A stretch of DNA of 64,000 bases. Origin: Candidatus Nomurabacteria bacterium. Its GTDB lineage: Bacteria; Patescibacteriota; Minisyncoccia; Phycocordibacterales; UBA9973. Positions 29,064 through 38,467 of the stretch are shown piece after piece; positions within the stretch are counted from its first letter, which is position 1; each line of letters starts with the position of its first letter. The notes under the pieces were generated by a model. That model did no database searches, was not told the DNA's origin, and worked only from the letters and a program-made list of their open reading frames with translations. Position numbers and translations under genes: made by a program. Location of the stretch: NCBI GenBank assembly GCA_029288725.1, contig JARIGS010000023.1:20582-84581 (forward strand), read 5' to 3'.

Positions 29064-29500
29064 ATTTTTATAGCTCGATCAATATCGCGTCGATCGGCCT
29101 TTTCTTTCAAGGTATTTCGCTTATCAGCCACCTTCTTACCCTTTGCAATGGCAATGGAGAGCTTGATGAGCGAGCCTTTATTATACAATGAAATTGGCAC
29201 TATGGTCAATCCTTTGGTATTGAGGGCTTTTGATAGGTCGTAGAGTTCCTTCTTGCGAACAAGCAACTTGCGGGTGCGGTAGGGGTCATAGCCGGTACCG
29301 GCATTCTTTTCCTGCCAGGCCGGAATATGGGCACCCAAAAGCCATAACTCGCCATTGAGCAGGGTAACGTGGCTGCCGGTGAGGCTGCCGTGCTGGGCTT
29401 TGACCGATTTGACCTCGGTGCCGAGCAATTCGATGCCGGTTTCCATCGTTTCCTGAAGGGTGAAATTAAGGCTGGCCTTTTTGTTACGGAGGTATTCCAT
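29054..29500 (-). CDS. smpB: SsrA-binding protein SmpB
   Basis: NKKA..ETGIELLGTEVKS..RTRKLL..GKKVADKR. Confidence 0.96.
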   Translation of the reverse strand: MEYLRNKKASLNFTLQETMETGIELLGTEVKSVKAQHGSLTGSHVTLLNGELWLLGAHIPAWQEKNAGTGYDPYRTRKLLVRKKELYDLSKALNTKGLTIVPISLYNKGSLIKLSIAIAKGKKVADKRNTLKEKADRRDIDRAIKMGM

Positions 29501-29532
29501 ACCCCTATACTAACATATGTATATATATAGCA

Positions 29533-29573
29533 TTGCCTCGCCGTAGCTTTTTTCTGAGAAATGCGAAGGCGGG
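29533..29573 (+). repeat. Palindromic repeat copy, intergenic (smpB/ftsH)
   Basis: ttgcctcgccgtagc...tgcgaaggcggg. Confidence 0.7.
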
Positions 29574-29587
29574 TGTATAATGCCCTT

Positions 29588-31528
29588 ATGCCGAAAAAAG
29601 AACCTAAAAAACATATTGAACAGCACGAATCTATGCCTCCAGCACCGCAGATGCCGCAGCAAAAAAAGCCGGCGCCAAAAAAGTCCCTTTCTTCCTATAT
29701 CTTTTCAACCCTGCTGATTTTTGCAGTCATCGTGGTTATTTTCTCATTCTTCTCAGGATCAGGAACTGACAAAAGCACGACTGTACCCCTATCCGAGGTT
29801 GCACGTTTAGCTGAAGCGGGGGAGATCAAGACCATCGTCGTGGATGATCAGGACCTCACCATTACTAAAACCGATGACAGCGTGGTGAAGTCCAAGAAGG
29901 AAGCCGATGCGTCACTGGTCCAGACATTGTCCTCATACGGTGTCGATGGCACGCACTTGAGTGCCCTTGATATTACCGTTGCTGGCCAATCAGCCCTTCT
30001 GGTTTTTCTCGGTTCAATCTTTTTGCCGATTGTCTTTCCAATTCTTCTCGCAGTCTTCTTCATCTGGATGCTGACCCGTCAGGCCAAGGGTGCCGGCATG
30101 CAGGCATTTAGTTTCGGTCAGTCCAAGGCTCGCATTACCGACCCTAACGATGCCAATAACCGTGTGACCTTCAAGGACGTCGCCGGTGCGCGCGAGGCAA
30201 AGGAGGAACTAAAGGAAATCGTTGACTTCCTTCGCAATCCGAAAAAGTTTTTGGATATTGGTGCGCGCATTCCCAAGGGTGTATTGCTTTCCGGTGCACC
30301 CGGAACAGGGAAGACTCTGCTGGCTCGTGCCGTAGCGGGCGAAGCCGGCGTGCCGTTCTATCATTTGTCCGGTTCTGAATTCGTTGAAATGTTTGTCGGT
30401 GTCGGTGCCTCTCGCGTGCGCGATCTTTTCAAGATGGCCAAGCGTGCTGCTCCTGCCATTATCTTCATTGATGAGATCGATGCGGTTGGACGCGTTCGTG
30501 GTGGTGGTTTCGGTGGCGGCAATGACGAGCGCGAACAGACCTTGAACCAGATCCTTGTGGAGATGGATGGCTTCGAACCCAATGACAAGGTTATCGTCAT
30601 GGCGGCAACAAACCGCAGCGATGTCCTTGATCCAGCATTGCTTCGCCCGGGTCGTTTCGACCGTCGTGTTACTCTCGATCTGCCTGATCGCCGTGACCGT
30701 GAGGATATTTTGACTGTCCACTCCCACAAGAAGCCGTTTGCTGAAGATGTGAATCTGAAAGTGATTGCGGAACGCACGCCAGGATTTTCCGGTGCGGACC
30801 TGTTCTCATTGATGAATGAGGGCGCAATCCTTGCTGCTCGTGAAAATCGCAAGAAGATTTCACAGTTTGATCTTGTCCGTTCAATTGAAAAGGTGATGAT
30901 TGGCCCAGAGCGCAAGAGTCACTTGCTGACCAAGAAGGAAAAACTGATCACGGCCTATCATGAAGCGGCGCATGCCCTTGTTGCATCGGTCTTGCCTGAC
31001 GCTGATCCGGTCCACAAGATCTCGATCGTCTCACGCGGCAATGCTGCGGGATACACGATGAAGATTGCATTGGAGGAACGCAAGCTCAATAACAAGCAGG
31101 AATACTTAGATGACTTGGCAATGTCACTAGCCGGGTATGCCGTTGAGGATATGATCTTTGGCAATGTTTCAACAGGACCTTCAAACGATTTGCAGGTTGC
31201 AACAAGCCTTGCCCGGGCAATGGTCACTCGTTGGGGTATGAGTGAAGTGATCGGACCGTTGGCATTGGAGTCCGATGGTGGCCGAGCAATGTTTGGCCAG
31301 GGTGTTGATAGCAAGGACTATTCTGAAAAGACTGGCGCAACGATTGATGCAGAAGTGCAGCGCATTATGAAGGAGGCGTTGGAGCGCGCGCGTGAAGTGC
31401 TCACTACTCACCGCACCATCCTCGATGTCATTACCAACAAGTTGGTCGAAGTCGAAACATTGGAACAGCCGGAATACGAAGCCATTCTTTCCGCTCACGG
31501 CATTCCGCTTAAGAAGCTCGAAGTCTAA
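29588..31528 (+). CDS. ftsH: ATP-dependent zinc metalloprotease FtsH
   Basis: Two TM segments, [26 protein letters not shown]. Confidence 0.98.
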   Translation: MPKKEPKKHIEQHESMPPAPQMPQQKKPAPKKSLSSYIFSTLLIFAVIVVIFSFFSGSGTDKSTTVPLSEVARLAEAGEIKTIVVDDQDLTITKTDDSVVKSKKEADASLVQTLSSYGVDGTHLSALDITVAGQSALLVFLGSIFLPIVFPILLAVFFIWMLTRQAKGAGMQAFSFGQSKARITDPNDANNRVTFKDVAGAREAKEELKEIVDFLRNPKKFLDIGARIPKGVLLSGAPGTGKTLLARAVAGEAGVPFYHLSGSEFVEMFVGVGASRVRDLFKMAKRAAPAIIFIDEIDAVGRVRGGGFGGGNDEREQTLNQILVEMDGFEPNDKVIVMAATNRSDVLDPALLRPGRFDRRVTLDLPDRRDREDILTVHSHKKPFAEDVNLKVIAERTPGFSGADLFSLMNEGAILAARENRKKISQFDLVRSIEKVMIGPERKSHLLTKKEKLITAYHEAAHALVASVLPDADPVHKISIVSRGNAAGYTMKIALEERKLNNKQEYLDDLAMSLAGYAVEDMIFGNVSTGPSNDLQVATSLARAMVTRWGMSEVIGPLALESDGGRAMFGQGVDSKDYSEKTGATIDAEVQRIMKEALERAREVLTTHRTILDVITNKLVEVETLEQPEYEAILSAHGIPLKKLEV

Positions 31529-32637
31529 TGCGCAGCTTTTTCATCAGCATTGTCCTTGTCTTTGGACTGTTCACGTCAGCCCATGCCGCAACACTGAACA
31601 TCGTTCAGCACCCAGTGTCATTTGGCTACAAAACCGCCAGTGGCCGCACTATTGATACAGTAATCATTCATGCAACGTACAATCCTGCCCTCGCCACCCA
31701 AACCCTTGATGGAGCATTGGCGGAATGGAAGGCAAATAATGTCTCGCCGCACTATGCCATTGATCGTGATGGAACTATCTACCAGCTAGTGGCAGAAAAA
31801 AATATTGCCTGGCATGCTGGTGTCAGCACTTTGCCCAATGGGGCGACCAATGTGAATACTCGTTCGATTGGCATTGAAATGGTATACAGCAATACTGACA
31901 CGCCGAGCGATGCCCAGTATGCATCACTGCAGGCATTGATCAGTGACATTGAAAGCCGCTACCATATCACGTATGTCTTGGGACACAGCCAAATTGCACC
32001 AGGCAGAAAAGTTGATCCCTGGAATTTTGATTACACGAGGATTGCAGCGGTAATACCGTCCCACTCAACAAGTTCAGGGCAAACGGCAATATCATCGATG
32101 TTCCATAGTAACGTTACATCGCTTACTACCAATCAAAAAAATACCATGAAGTTGTATTCCTACCGCGCTTCATGTCCGGTTTCGCTTACCAATCTCCGTG
32201 CCGTGAGCGTTTCATATTATGACTTTAATGGCGCAGTCCAGCAGGGAACACTGATCGTCAACAAAACAATTACGGCAAAAACCGTTGCGGCATTTAAGGT
32301 GCTCTTTGCCCAACAATTTCCTATCAATAAGATCACACCAATTGATGCGTACAAGGGAGATGACACTGCCTCAATGGCAGCCGACAATACTTCAGCATTT
32401 AATTGCCGTCCGGTAGCGGGCACGAAAGTGTTTTCTGAACACGCGTATGGCACAGCAATTGATATTAATCCGAAAGAAAATGTCGCCTCCGCCTCGCCCG
32501 CCGTAGCTTTAGCGAAGGAGGGTCAGGGCGTGCTTACTTCCGCCGCGGTGCAGGCAGTGAAAAGTGCCGGCTTTAAATGGGGTGGGGATTGGACGAGCAA
32601 AAAGGACTATCAGCACTTTTCTATAAGTGGGAAATAG
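31528..32637 (+). CDS. Secreted N-acetylmuramoyl-L-alanine amidase (Amidase_2) fused to an M15-family peptidase
   Basis: Signal peptide; IIHAT..PHY..AWHAG..SIGIE..GHS..RKVDP; then FNCR..SEHAYGTAIDINP..WGGDW..DYQHF. Confidence 0.85.
   Translation: MRSFFISIVLVFGLFTSAHAATLNIVQHPVSFGYKTASGRTIDTVIIHATYNPALATQTLDGALAEWKANNVSPHYAIDRDGTIYQLVAEKNIAWHAGVSTLPNGATNVNTRSIGIEMVYSNTDTPSDAQYASLQALISDIESRYHITYVLGHSQIAPGRKVDPWNFDYTRIAAVIPSHSTSSGQTAISSMFHSNVTSLTTNQKNTMKLYSYRASCPVSLTNLRAVSVSYYDFNGAVQQGTLIVNKTITAKTVAAFKVLFAQQFPINKITPIDAYKGDDTASMAADNTSAFNCRPVAGTKVFSEHAYGTAIDINPKENVASASPAVALAKEGQGVLTSAAVQAVKSAGFKWGGDWTSKKDYQHFSISGK
32491..32522 (+). repeat. Palindromic repeat copy, in frame in the M15 domain
   Basis: gcctcgcccgccgtagctttagcgaaggaggg encodes [11 protein letters not shown]. 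Confidence 0.85.
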
Positions 32638-32694
32638 CCACGATTGACTTTGCCCTAAGCAGGCGTACACTGGGAGAAACGTAATCTATTTGTC

Positions 32695-33051
32695 ATGAAA
32701 AAATTTGTTACAGGTATGATGATGCTACTGTTCCTGGGAGTAGGGGCAGTTATGGCACAAACAAAACAGGATTCTACTGAGTATGCTGTTCGCAAAAAGC
32801 ATTTCTGGGATTTTTTAAAATCAAAGAAAAGCAACACTTCTTCTACTGCCGCCGTTCCGTCGGTTGTCATATTACGGCATCCGGAAACATATCAGAAGCT
32901 ACAGCACGACTTTAACATCGGCAAAATTTCCGAAGAAGAATTTGACGCCGGAATGGTGAGGTATCTTATTGAAAATATGAAAGCACCTTCGGACGGTAAC
33001 TGTTTTAGTTTCAAAGATATCCTTTTTCAATTTCAGCGGGGATGGCAGTAA
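32695..33051 (+). CDS. Orphan secreted protein with signal peptide ending MA|Q
   Basis: MKKFVTGMMMLLFLGVGAVMAQ; TTGACT-16-TACACT promoter; own terminator. Confidence 0.6.
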   Translation: MKKFVTGMMMLLFLGVGAVMAQTKQDSTEYAVRKKHFWDFLKSKKSNTSSTAAVPSVVILRHPETYQKLQHDFNIGKISEEEFDAGMVRYLIENMKAPSDGNCFSFKDILFQFQRGWQ

Positions 33052-33114
33052 GCGTACCGTAAATTAAAAAAGCGGATTCCGTAAGGAATCCGCTTTTTAT
33101 GTTGCCTGTTTGTA

Positions 33115-33588
33115 TTATGCGCTGACCTTGTCAGTGCCAATATTTTCCAAATGACCTTCGGCCATTTCCAACATATCGTAATGCCAGTTCACGCCTTCCT
33201 CGGTCAGTTCGAGCAATTGCGCATGTTCCAAGCCTTCGGCCACGCCGCGCATCAATGCCCAGTGCACGATTGCCGCCCCTTCGAAGAAGCCGCTCCATTC
33301 CATCAGCTCAGTGGCATTGTCCCACTGATCCGCAACGTACAGGTCACGCATCTTCTTGAGCTTTTCCTCGGTGGCTGCGGCCTTGGTCAGGGTAGTATCA
33401 ATGACGCCACCATCAGTGGCCAGTTTCATGATTGATTCGGCATGGAGGCGATTCTTTTCCTCAACGTCAGACACTTCTTCTTCGCCCAATGCTTCTACCA
33501 ATGCCGCCCGACCTTTTTCATAGGTATCGGTGCCAACACGGCTAAATGCCAATAATTCTCCTAATTTTTTTCCGGTAAATTCATTCAT
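33115..33588 (-). CDS. Hypothetical ferritin-like four-helix protein
   Basis: Acidic helical protein with E..H spacing (EEKNRLH, EEGVNWH). Confidence 0.55.
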   Translation of the reverse strand: MNEFTGKKLGELLAFSRVGTDTYEKGRAALVEALGEEEVSDVEEKNRLHAESIMKLATDGGVIDTTLTKAAATEEKLKKMRDLYVADQWDNATELMEWSGFFEGAAIVHWALMRGVAEGLEHAQLLELTEEGVNWHYDMLEMAEGHLENIGTDKVSA

Positions 33589-33705
33589 ATGTATATTGAT
33601 TATGCTGCTAATCTCCCTTATAGGGTAGTGGAAATTGCGTATTTATACAAGACTGCTACAATCTCCTTACCTGGTCGCCACCGCTCACGCTATGGCGAAC
33701 CGAAG

Positions 33706-33779
33706 CCGTCCTTAGCTCAGTTGGTTAGAGCTCCGAGCTTATACCTCGGCGGTCCATGGTTCGAATCCATGAGGACGGA
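33706..33779 (+). tRNA. tRNA-Ile, anticodon TAT
   Basis: Acceptor ccgtcct/aggacgg, anticodon arm ccgag-CTTATAC-ctcgg, T arm catgg-ttcgaat-ccatg, discriminator A. Confidence 0.92.
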
Positions 33780-33824
33780 CAAACAAAAAACCCAGATAAA
33801 AATATCTGAGTTTAATTTCTTTTA

Positions 33825-34058
33825 TTATTTTAAATATCCCAATAAATAGGCTATTAAGACACCAGTAAGATGTCCCATTATAGCAAGGGGTATTGATACA
33901 TATAGTGGAGCAAGAGAGGGAACAAATGCTGCGGCGACAGCTCCACCAGGGCTTCTAGCTGCTTTGTGCGCACCCAACATTGGCCATGTAAGAAAAAATA
34001 GTATCAGTCCCATTGAAAAGGAAATAATGCCTTTCCTTATTAATTTCTTTCTTTCCAT
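33825..34058 (-). CDS. Small orphan 2-TM membrane protein
   Basis: 77 aa, two hydrophobic segments; TTGACT-16-TAATGT promoter. Confidence 0.6.
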   Translation of the reverse strand: MERKKLIRKGIISFSMGLILFFLTWPMLGAHKAARSPGGAVAAAFVPSLAPLYVSIPLAIMGHLTGVLIAYLLGYLK

Positions 34059-34132
34059 TTTTTAATTATTTAATTTTCTTTACATTACTATATCTCAAAG
34101 TTAAGTCAACAACTTGAACTTATAACAATCGG

Positions 34133-34192
34133 ATACCATTCGAAAATACACTCCTCAGGGCGGTTCCAAGTATTTGAGGTAGTGCGGACAAT
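34133..34192 (+). repeat. 60-bp direct repeat, copy 1
   Basis: ataccattcgaaaatacactcctcagggcggttccaagtatttgaggtagtgcggacaat; 56/60 identical to 34788-34847. Confidence 0.9.
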
Positions 34193-34253
34193 TTTAGGAA
34201 ATAAAAAAGCCCAAATTGAATAGGGCTTTATGTTTTAGAATAGTGCAAAATAG

Positions 34254-34715
34254 TTAGTATCGTAATAGAGCTTTACGCTTATCGACCTCTTTTGCTTTCT
34301 TTGTGAAAAAGACTATGGCAAAAATAGCCATGCAGATACTTCCTAAGATTATCAATCTACCAGACCATAGTCGTGGGGAAACCAACACTATCGTTATAGC
34401 CATCAACACTATTGATATAGCTACAAACCAGGCTCTTTTGCGCAGTGATTTTTCGAGAGGAATAAGTCTTTTTCGTGTCCATTCATTAATTCTTTCATTG
34501 GCGTAATGCCATGAACTAATATAACCTCTTCCGAAAGGGCTTAAATTAAGAACTTCGTTACAAAGTTCTTTTCCGCTGTATGTTTTAGCTCCTACATATA
34601 GGACAAAATTTTCATCTGTTGCAAAACCTTTGATTTCGTCTACTAACGGCTTGGCTTCAGCAAGGACTTCCTCGTTACTTTTTCCTTGCATTTTGGGGTG
34701 TTCAGGTTTTTCCAT
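34254..34715 (-). CDS. Orphan protein with two C-terminal TM helices
   Basis: 153 aa; TTGATA-16-TAAGGT promoter. Confidence 0.6.
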   Translation of the reverse strand: MEKPEHPKMQGKSNEEVLAEAKPLVDEIKGFATDENFVLYVGAKTYSGKELCNEVLNLSPFGRGYISSWHYANERINEWTRKRLIPLEKSLRKRAWFVAISIVLMAITIVLVSPRLWSGRLIILGSICMAIFAIVFFTKKAKEVDKRKALLRY

Positions 34716-34787
34716 AACTCTTTAATTTTAATGTTTTCTGTACCTTACCATATTTTTTTGAAATATCAATTAGTGATTCATTAATGA

Positions 34788-34847
34788 ATACAATTCAAAA
34801 ATACACTCCTCAGGGCGGTTCCAAGTATTTGAGGTAATACGGACAAT
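34788..34847 (+). repeat. 60-bp direct repeat, copy 2
   Basis: atacaattcaaaaatacactcctcagggcggttccaagtatttgaggtaatacggacaat. Confidence 0.9.
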
Positions 34848-34881
34848 AAAAAAGCAGCCCATGGTTTGACTGCTTCGTAGC

Positions 34882-35130
34882 TCATTGATTTTTATTTTGG
34901 GAGACAAATTTTTCAATGTCTCTTACCTCCTGGTTTCCCATAAAGGAAATTTTTTTTGCTATCCCTTGAACGATTTCCCAATGTTGTTCGGGGCTCTTAT
35001 TAACGTACATATAAAGGAGTTCAGTTTTCATCCTGTGTATTTTCTCTGGTTTAGAGCCTCCCTTTTTAAGTATCTCTGTAAAATGGTTAAGCTTTTCTAA
35101 AAAACTTTTCCCTTTAAGTATGTTTCCCAT
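34882..35130 (-). CDS. Small basic orphan protein
   Basis: 82 aa; TTGCTT-16-TAAAGT promoter. Confidence 0.55.
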   Translation of the reverse strand: MGNILKGKSFLEKLNHFTEILKKGGSKPEKIHRMKTELLYMYVNKSPEQHWEIVQGIAKKISFMGNQEVRDIEKFVSQNKNQ

Positions 35131-35279
35131 TTGTTTTTTTCTCTACTTTACATTTTCTTATCCAAAAAGCAAATCTCCCACAAAGAGCCAGAGTGGATAA
35201 AAACCTTCTATTTTCAGTCTATATTGTTATAATGAAAAGAGATTGGCGTGATTAATAACCCGCGGCAATCGCTTTATAT

Positions 35280-35651
35280 ATGAATACACAAAAAGCGGCA
35301 AAATGGTTCGGATGGATTATTTTAATAGTCGGCATTGCTGGGTTCATTCCGGGCATTGTCAGTACGACAGGATTGGAGCTTGGCATCTTTCAGGTTGATG
35401 CGATGCACAACATCGTTCACATCCTGACCGGTCTCATCGCATTGATGGTGGCACCAAGTCTTGGATCAACGAAGACGTTCTTCAAGATCTTCGGTGTGGT
35501 CTATGCAATCGTCACCATTCTTGGATTCGTGAATGGCGGCATGGTCCTTGGCATGATGATGAACATGGCGGACAACATCCTCCACGTTATCATTACGCTC
35601 TTCGCGCTCTACTACGGCTTTCGTTCAGAAGGCGGCGTAGCGGCAATGTAG
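35280..35651 (+). CDS. DUF4383-like small membrane protein
   Basis: GIAGFIPG..HNIVHILTG..ADNILH; four TM segments. Confidence 0.75.
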   Translation: MNTQKAAKWFGWIILIVGIAGFIPGIVSTTGLELGIFQVDAMHNIVHILTGLIALMVAPSLGSTKTFFKIFGVVYAIVTILGFVNGGMVLGMMMNMADNILHVIITLFALYYGFRSEGGVAAM

Positions 35652-37895
35652 TTATTCAAAGTGTACCGCTGCAAACGGTTTGATATGAGCATCCAGCAAT
35701 GGATGCTTTTTCAATTGAGGATCGTCTGCCACGATGGCGATGGCGGCCTGACGGGCTGCCTCCACCAGTTTAAGGTTGCGCAATGCTTCCATGCCGATGT
35801 CGGACACGCCCCACTGCTGTACGCCAGTGAGCTCACCGGTACCGCGCAATTGCAAGTCATATTCTGCCAGTTCAAACCCGTTCTTTGCATTCAAAAACAG
35901 TTTCATGCGTTCCTGCGTTCGTTCGCTTTTAGCATCAGCAAAAAGGTAACAGTAGGGCTGATGCGATGAGCGTTGGACGCGGCCACGAAGCTGGTGCAGT
36001 TGCGAGAGGCCAAAGCGTTCTGCTCCTTCAATAATGATAACAGTGGCATTGGGCACGTTTACGCCCACTTCCACCACTGATGTGGCGACGAGGATGTCGG
36101 TTTCATGATTGGCAAAGTCATACATGCTTTCCTCCTTTTTCTCCTTGGTCATTTTGCTATGAAGGATGCCGATACGGTATTCGGGAAAGACCTTTTCCTG
36201 GAGATGCTTGGCTTCGGTCAGGACATTCTTCATTTGAATGGTCTTTTCCGCCCGCTTCGCCGAATCGAGGCGAGCATCTTTGTCAGTGGCGGCAATGCGC
36301 GGGCAGATGACATATGCCTGTCGGCCTTCCTTGAGGACGGCGCGAATGGTTTCATACACTTCTTCGCGTTTGTCCGGGGTGACCATGACGGTCGTGACCT
36401 GCTTGCGTCCAGCTGGAAGCTGATCCAACAGTGAAAGATCCAAGTCGCCATAGATGGTCAATGCAAGAGTACGAGGGATTGGTGTGGCAGTCATCGAAAG
36501 CAGGTGAGGGAAATGAGTGTCCTTTTTAGCCAAGCCCTTGCGCTGATTCAAACCGAAGCGATGCTGTTCATCGATGATGGCCAATGCCAAGTGCTTAAAG
36601 GTCAGGCTTTTTTGAATCAATGCATGAGTACCGATGACAATCGGGATTTCACCGTTGGCAATCCATTTCGAAAGCTGGGCGCGAGAGATGGTTGTCCATG
36701 TTGCTGACCCGACTTCGCCAGAGGCTACGTCGCGGCGAGGTGCGACCTTGCTAGGGAACTTGCGACAGCCACTGCCAGTGATGAGTGCAATGGAAATGCC
36801 AGTATGACGAAAGAGCTCAATGAAGCTTTCGAAGTGCTGTGTTGCCAGAATTTCGGTCGGTGCCATGTATGCAACCTGCAGACTGCCGAATGTCTGCTTC
36901 ACTTTTGGTCGAAGATCCTGAGCCGCGTCTGACGCGGCGAAGGGGCGATTCATCACCGTCGCATATGCTGCCGCAGCCGCCACGGCAGTCTTGCCGCTAC
37001 CCACATCTCCTTCAAGCAATCGTGACATGGGCACATCGCGTTCGAGATCCTGAAAAATATGCTTGATGGCATTCTCCTGGGCACCGGTCAACGGGAAGCC
37101 AAGTCGTTTGATGAAGTCTTCAGTATCGGCACTACTGACATCAATGGCGTACGCAACCTGTTCTTTCACGCTCGCTCGTTCTTGTTGGCGAGCGACATTG
37201 ATCGAGAATATCTCATCAAAGGCAAAGCGCTTGCGGGCGATCAGGGCATTGTCCTTGGTCTTGGGGCCATGAATCCAGATCAATGCGGTCTTGAGGGCAG
37301 GGAGGGAATATTGTTCCAGTAGGGTAGAAGGAAGATGGTCAGGGATGGTTTCTATCGTTGCCAGGGCACGAGTAATGGCATGGTGGAACCAGAGACTTGA
37401 AACCCCTCGTGTCTCCGGATAGATCGGGGTCAGGACGGCATGCTCATCACTGGCAAAGAGTGAGTCATGACTATCGATCGGCAATGCCTTTTCTTCGCGA
37501 ATGGTTGGATTGACCATCGCCAGCTTGTCCTTGTACATGCTGACCTTGCCCGTGATTTCAATAGTGCCCCCAATCTGTAGCATTTTTGCCAAGTAGGGTT
37601 GGTTGAACCACAATACTGACAAGGTACCACTGACATCCTCGATCACTCCCTCGGTCATCGGTACTTTTGAAGTCCACGATTTCTTGGCGGCAAGTTTTTT
37701 GATGGTGCCACGAACGGTGGCAACGGTGTCTTCGCTCAGGCCCTGGATGGAAACATATTGGCTTTCGTCAGCATAACGAGTAGGGAAATGATAGAGCAGG
37801 TCGCCCACCGTATGAAGGCCAAGCTTAGTCAGGCCGATGCGGATTTCTGGTTTCAAGCGGATGAGCTGGTCGATCGGCGAGTCGAGGGTAATCAT
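35652..37895 (-). CDS. recG: ATP-dependent DNA helicase RecG (three in-frame palindrome insertions)
   Basis: GDVGSGKT, MAPTEILA, DEQHRFG, MTATPIPRTL, QLRGRV. Confidence 0.96.
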   Translation of the reverse strand: MITLDSPIDQLIRLKPEIRIGLTKLGLHTVGDLLYHFPTRYADESQYVSIQGLSEDTVATVRGTIKKLAAKKSWTSKVPMTEGVIEDVSGTLSVLWFNQPYLAKMLQIGGTIEITGKVSMYKDKLAMVNPTIREEKALPIDSHDSLFASDEHAVLTPIYPETRGVSSLWFHHAITRALATIETIPDHLPSTLLEQYSLPALKTALIWIHGPKTKDNALIARKRFAFDEIFSINVARQQERASVKEQVAYAIDVSSADTEDFIKRLGFPLTGAQENAIKHIFQDLERDVPMSRLLEGDVGSGKTAVAAAAAYATVMNRPFAASDAAQDLRPKVKQTFGSLQVAYMAPTEILATQHFESFIELFRHTGISIALITGSGCRKFPSKVAPRRDVASGEVGSATWTTISRAQLSKWIANGEIPIVIGTHALIQKSLTFKHLALAIIDEQHRFGLNQRKGLAKKDTHFPHLLSMTATPIPRTLALTIYGDLDLSLLDQLPAGRKQVTTVMVTPDKREEVYETIRAVLKEGRQAYVICPRIAATDKDARLDSAKRAEKTIQMKNVLTEAKHLQEKVFPEYRIGILHSKMTKEKKEESMYDFANHETDILVATSVVEVGVNVPNATVIIIEGAERFGLSQLHQLRGRVQRSSHQPYCYLFADAKSERTQERMKLFLNAKNGFELAEYDLQLRGTGELTGVQQWGVSDIGMEALRNLKLVEAARQAAIAIVADDPQLKKHPLLDAHIKPFAAVHFE

Positions 37896-38020
37896 GGAAG
37901 TAAGTATACCCTGCCATAGCGAATTCGGCCCGCTGCGCCAAAGCGCTAGCGCGGCGAGCGAGGTAAAGCAAAAGGGGCACCCTACGGGTGCCCCTTTTGC
38001 AGTAACTCACTAATCAGTGA

Positions 38021-38332
38021 TTAGTAGTTGTTACGATCGCGGTTGAAACCTCCACGGTTTCCACCATTTCCGCCTTCGCGCTTTTCGCTAGGACGTGCAA
38101 TGTCAACGAAGATGGTGCGTCCATCAAGTTCGGTGTTGTTGAGCTTATCAACAGCTGCCTGCGCTTCTGCATCACTTGAGAATTCAACGAAGCCAAAACC
38201 TTTTGAGCGGCCTGTTGTCTTGTCCATGATGACGTTCGCACTGGTCACGGTACCAACCTGTGCGAAGTAGTCTGATAATCCCTGGTTAGTAGTATTGAAT
38301 GAAATACTACCAACGAAAACTTTATTATTCAT
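38021..38332 (-). CDS. RRM-domain RNA-binding protein
   Basis: RNP2 KVFVGSI, RNP1 KGFGFVEF, Gly-rich tail. Confidence 0.93.
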   Translation of the reverse strand: MNNKVFVGSISFNTTNQGLSDYFAQVGTVTSANVIMDKTTGRSKGFGFVEFSSDAEAQAAVDKLNNTELDGRTIFVDIARPSEKREGGNGGNRGGFNRDRNNY

Positions 38333-38467
38333 TATGTATATTACTTATTTATTATCCTTGCAACGCACTATTCGAAACTAGAGCACATTACAATGAAATC
38401 ACTATAGCACACATTCCTAAAAAAGCTCTTAAGGAGTTATGAAGGAAATATAAAGGTATACCGGCCG

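Noticed and set aside
34133-34847. 60-bp repeats as a CRISPR array or integron attC sites
   Set aside because: Only two copies, 655 bp apart; no cas or integrase gene; no GTTRRRY/RYYYAAC ends.
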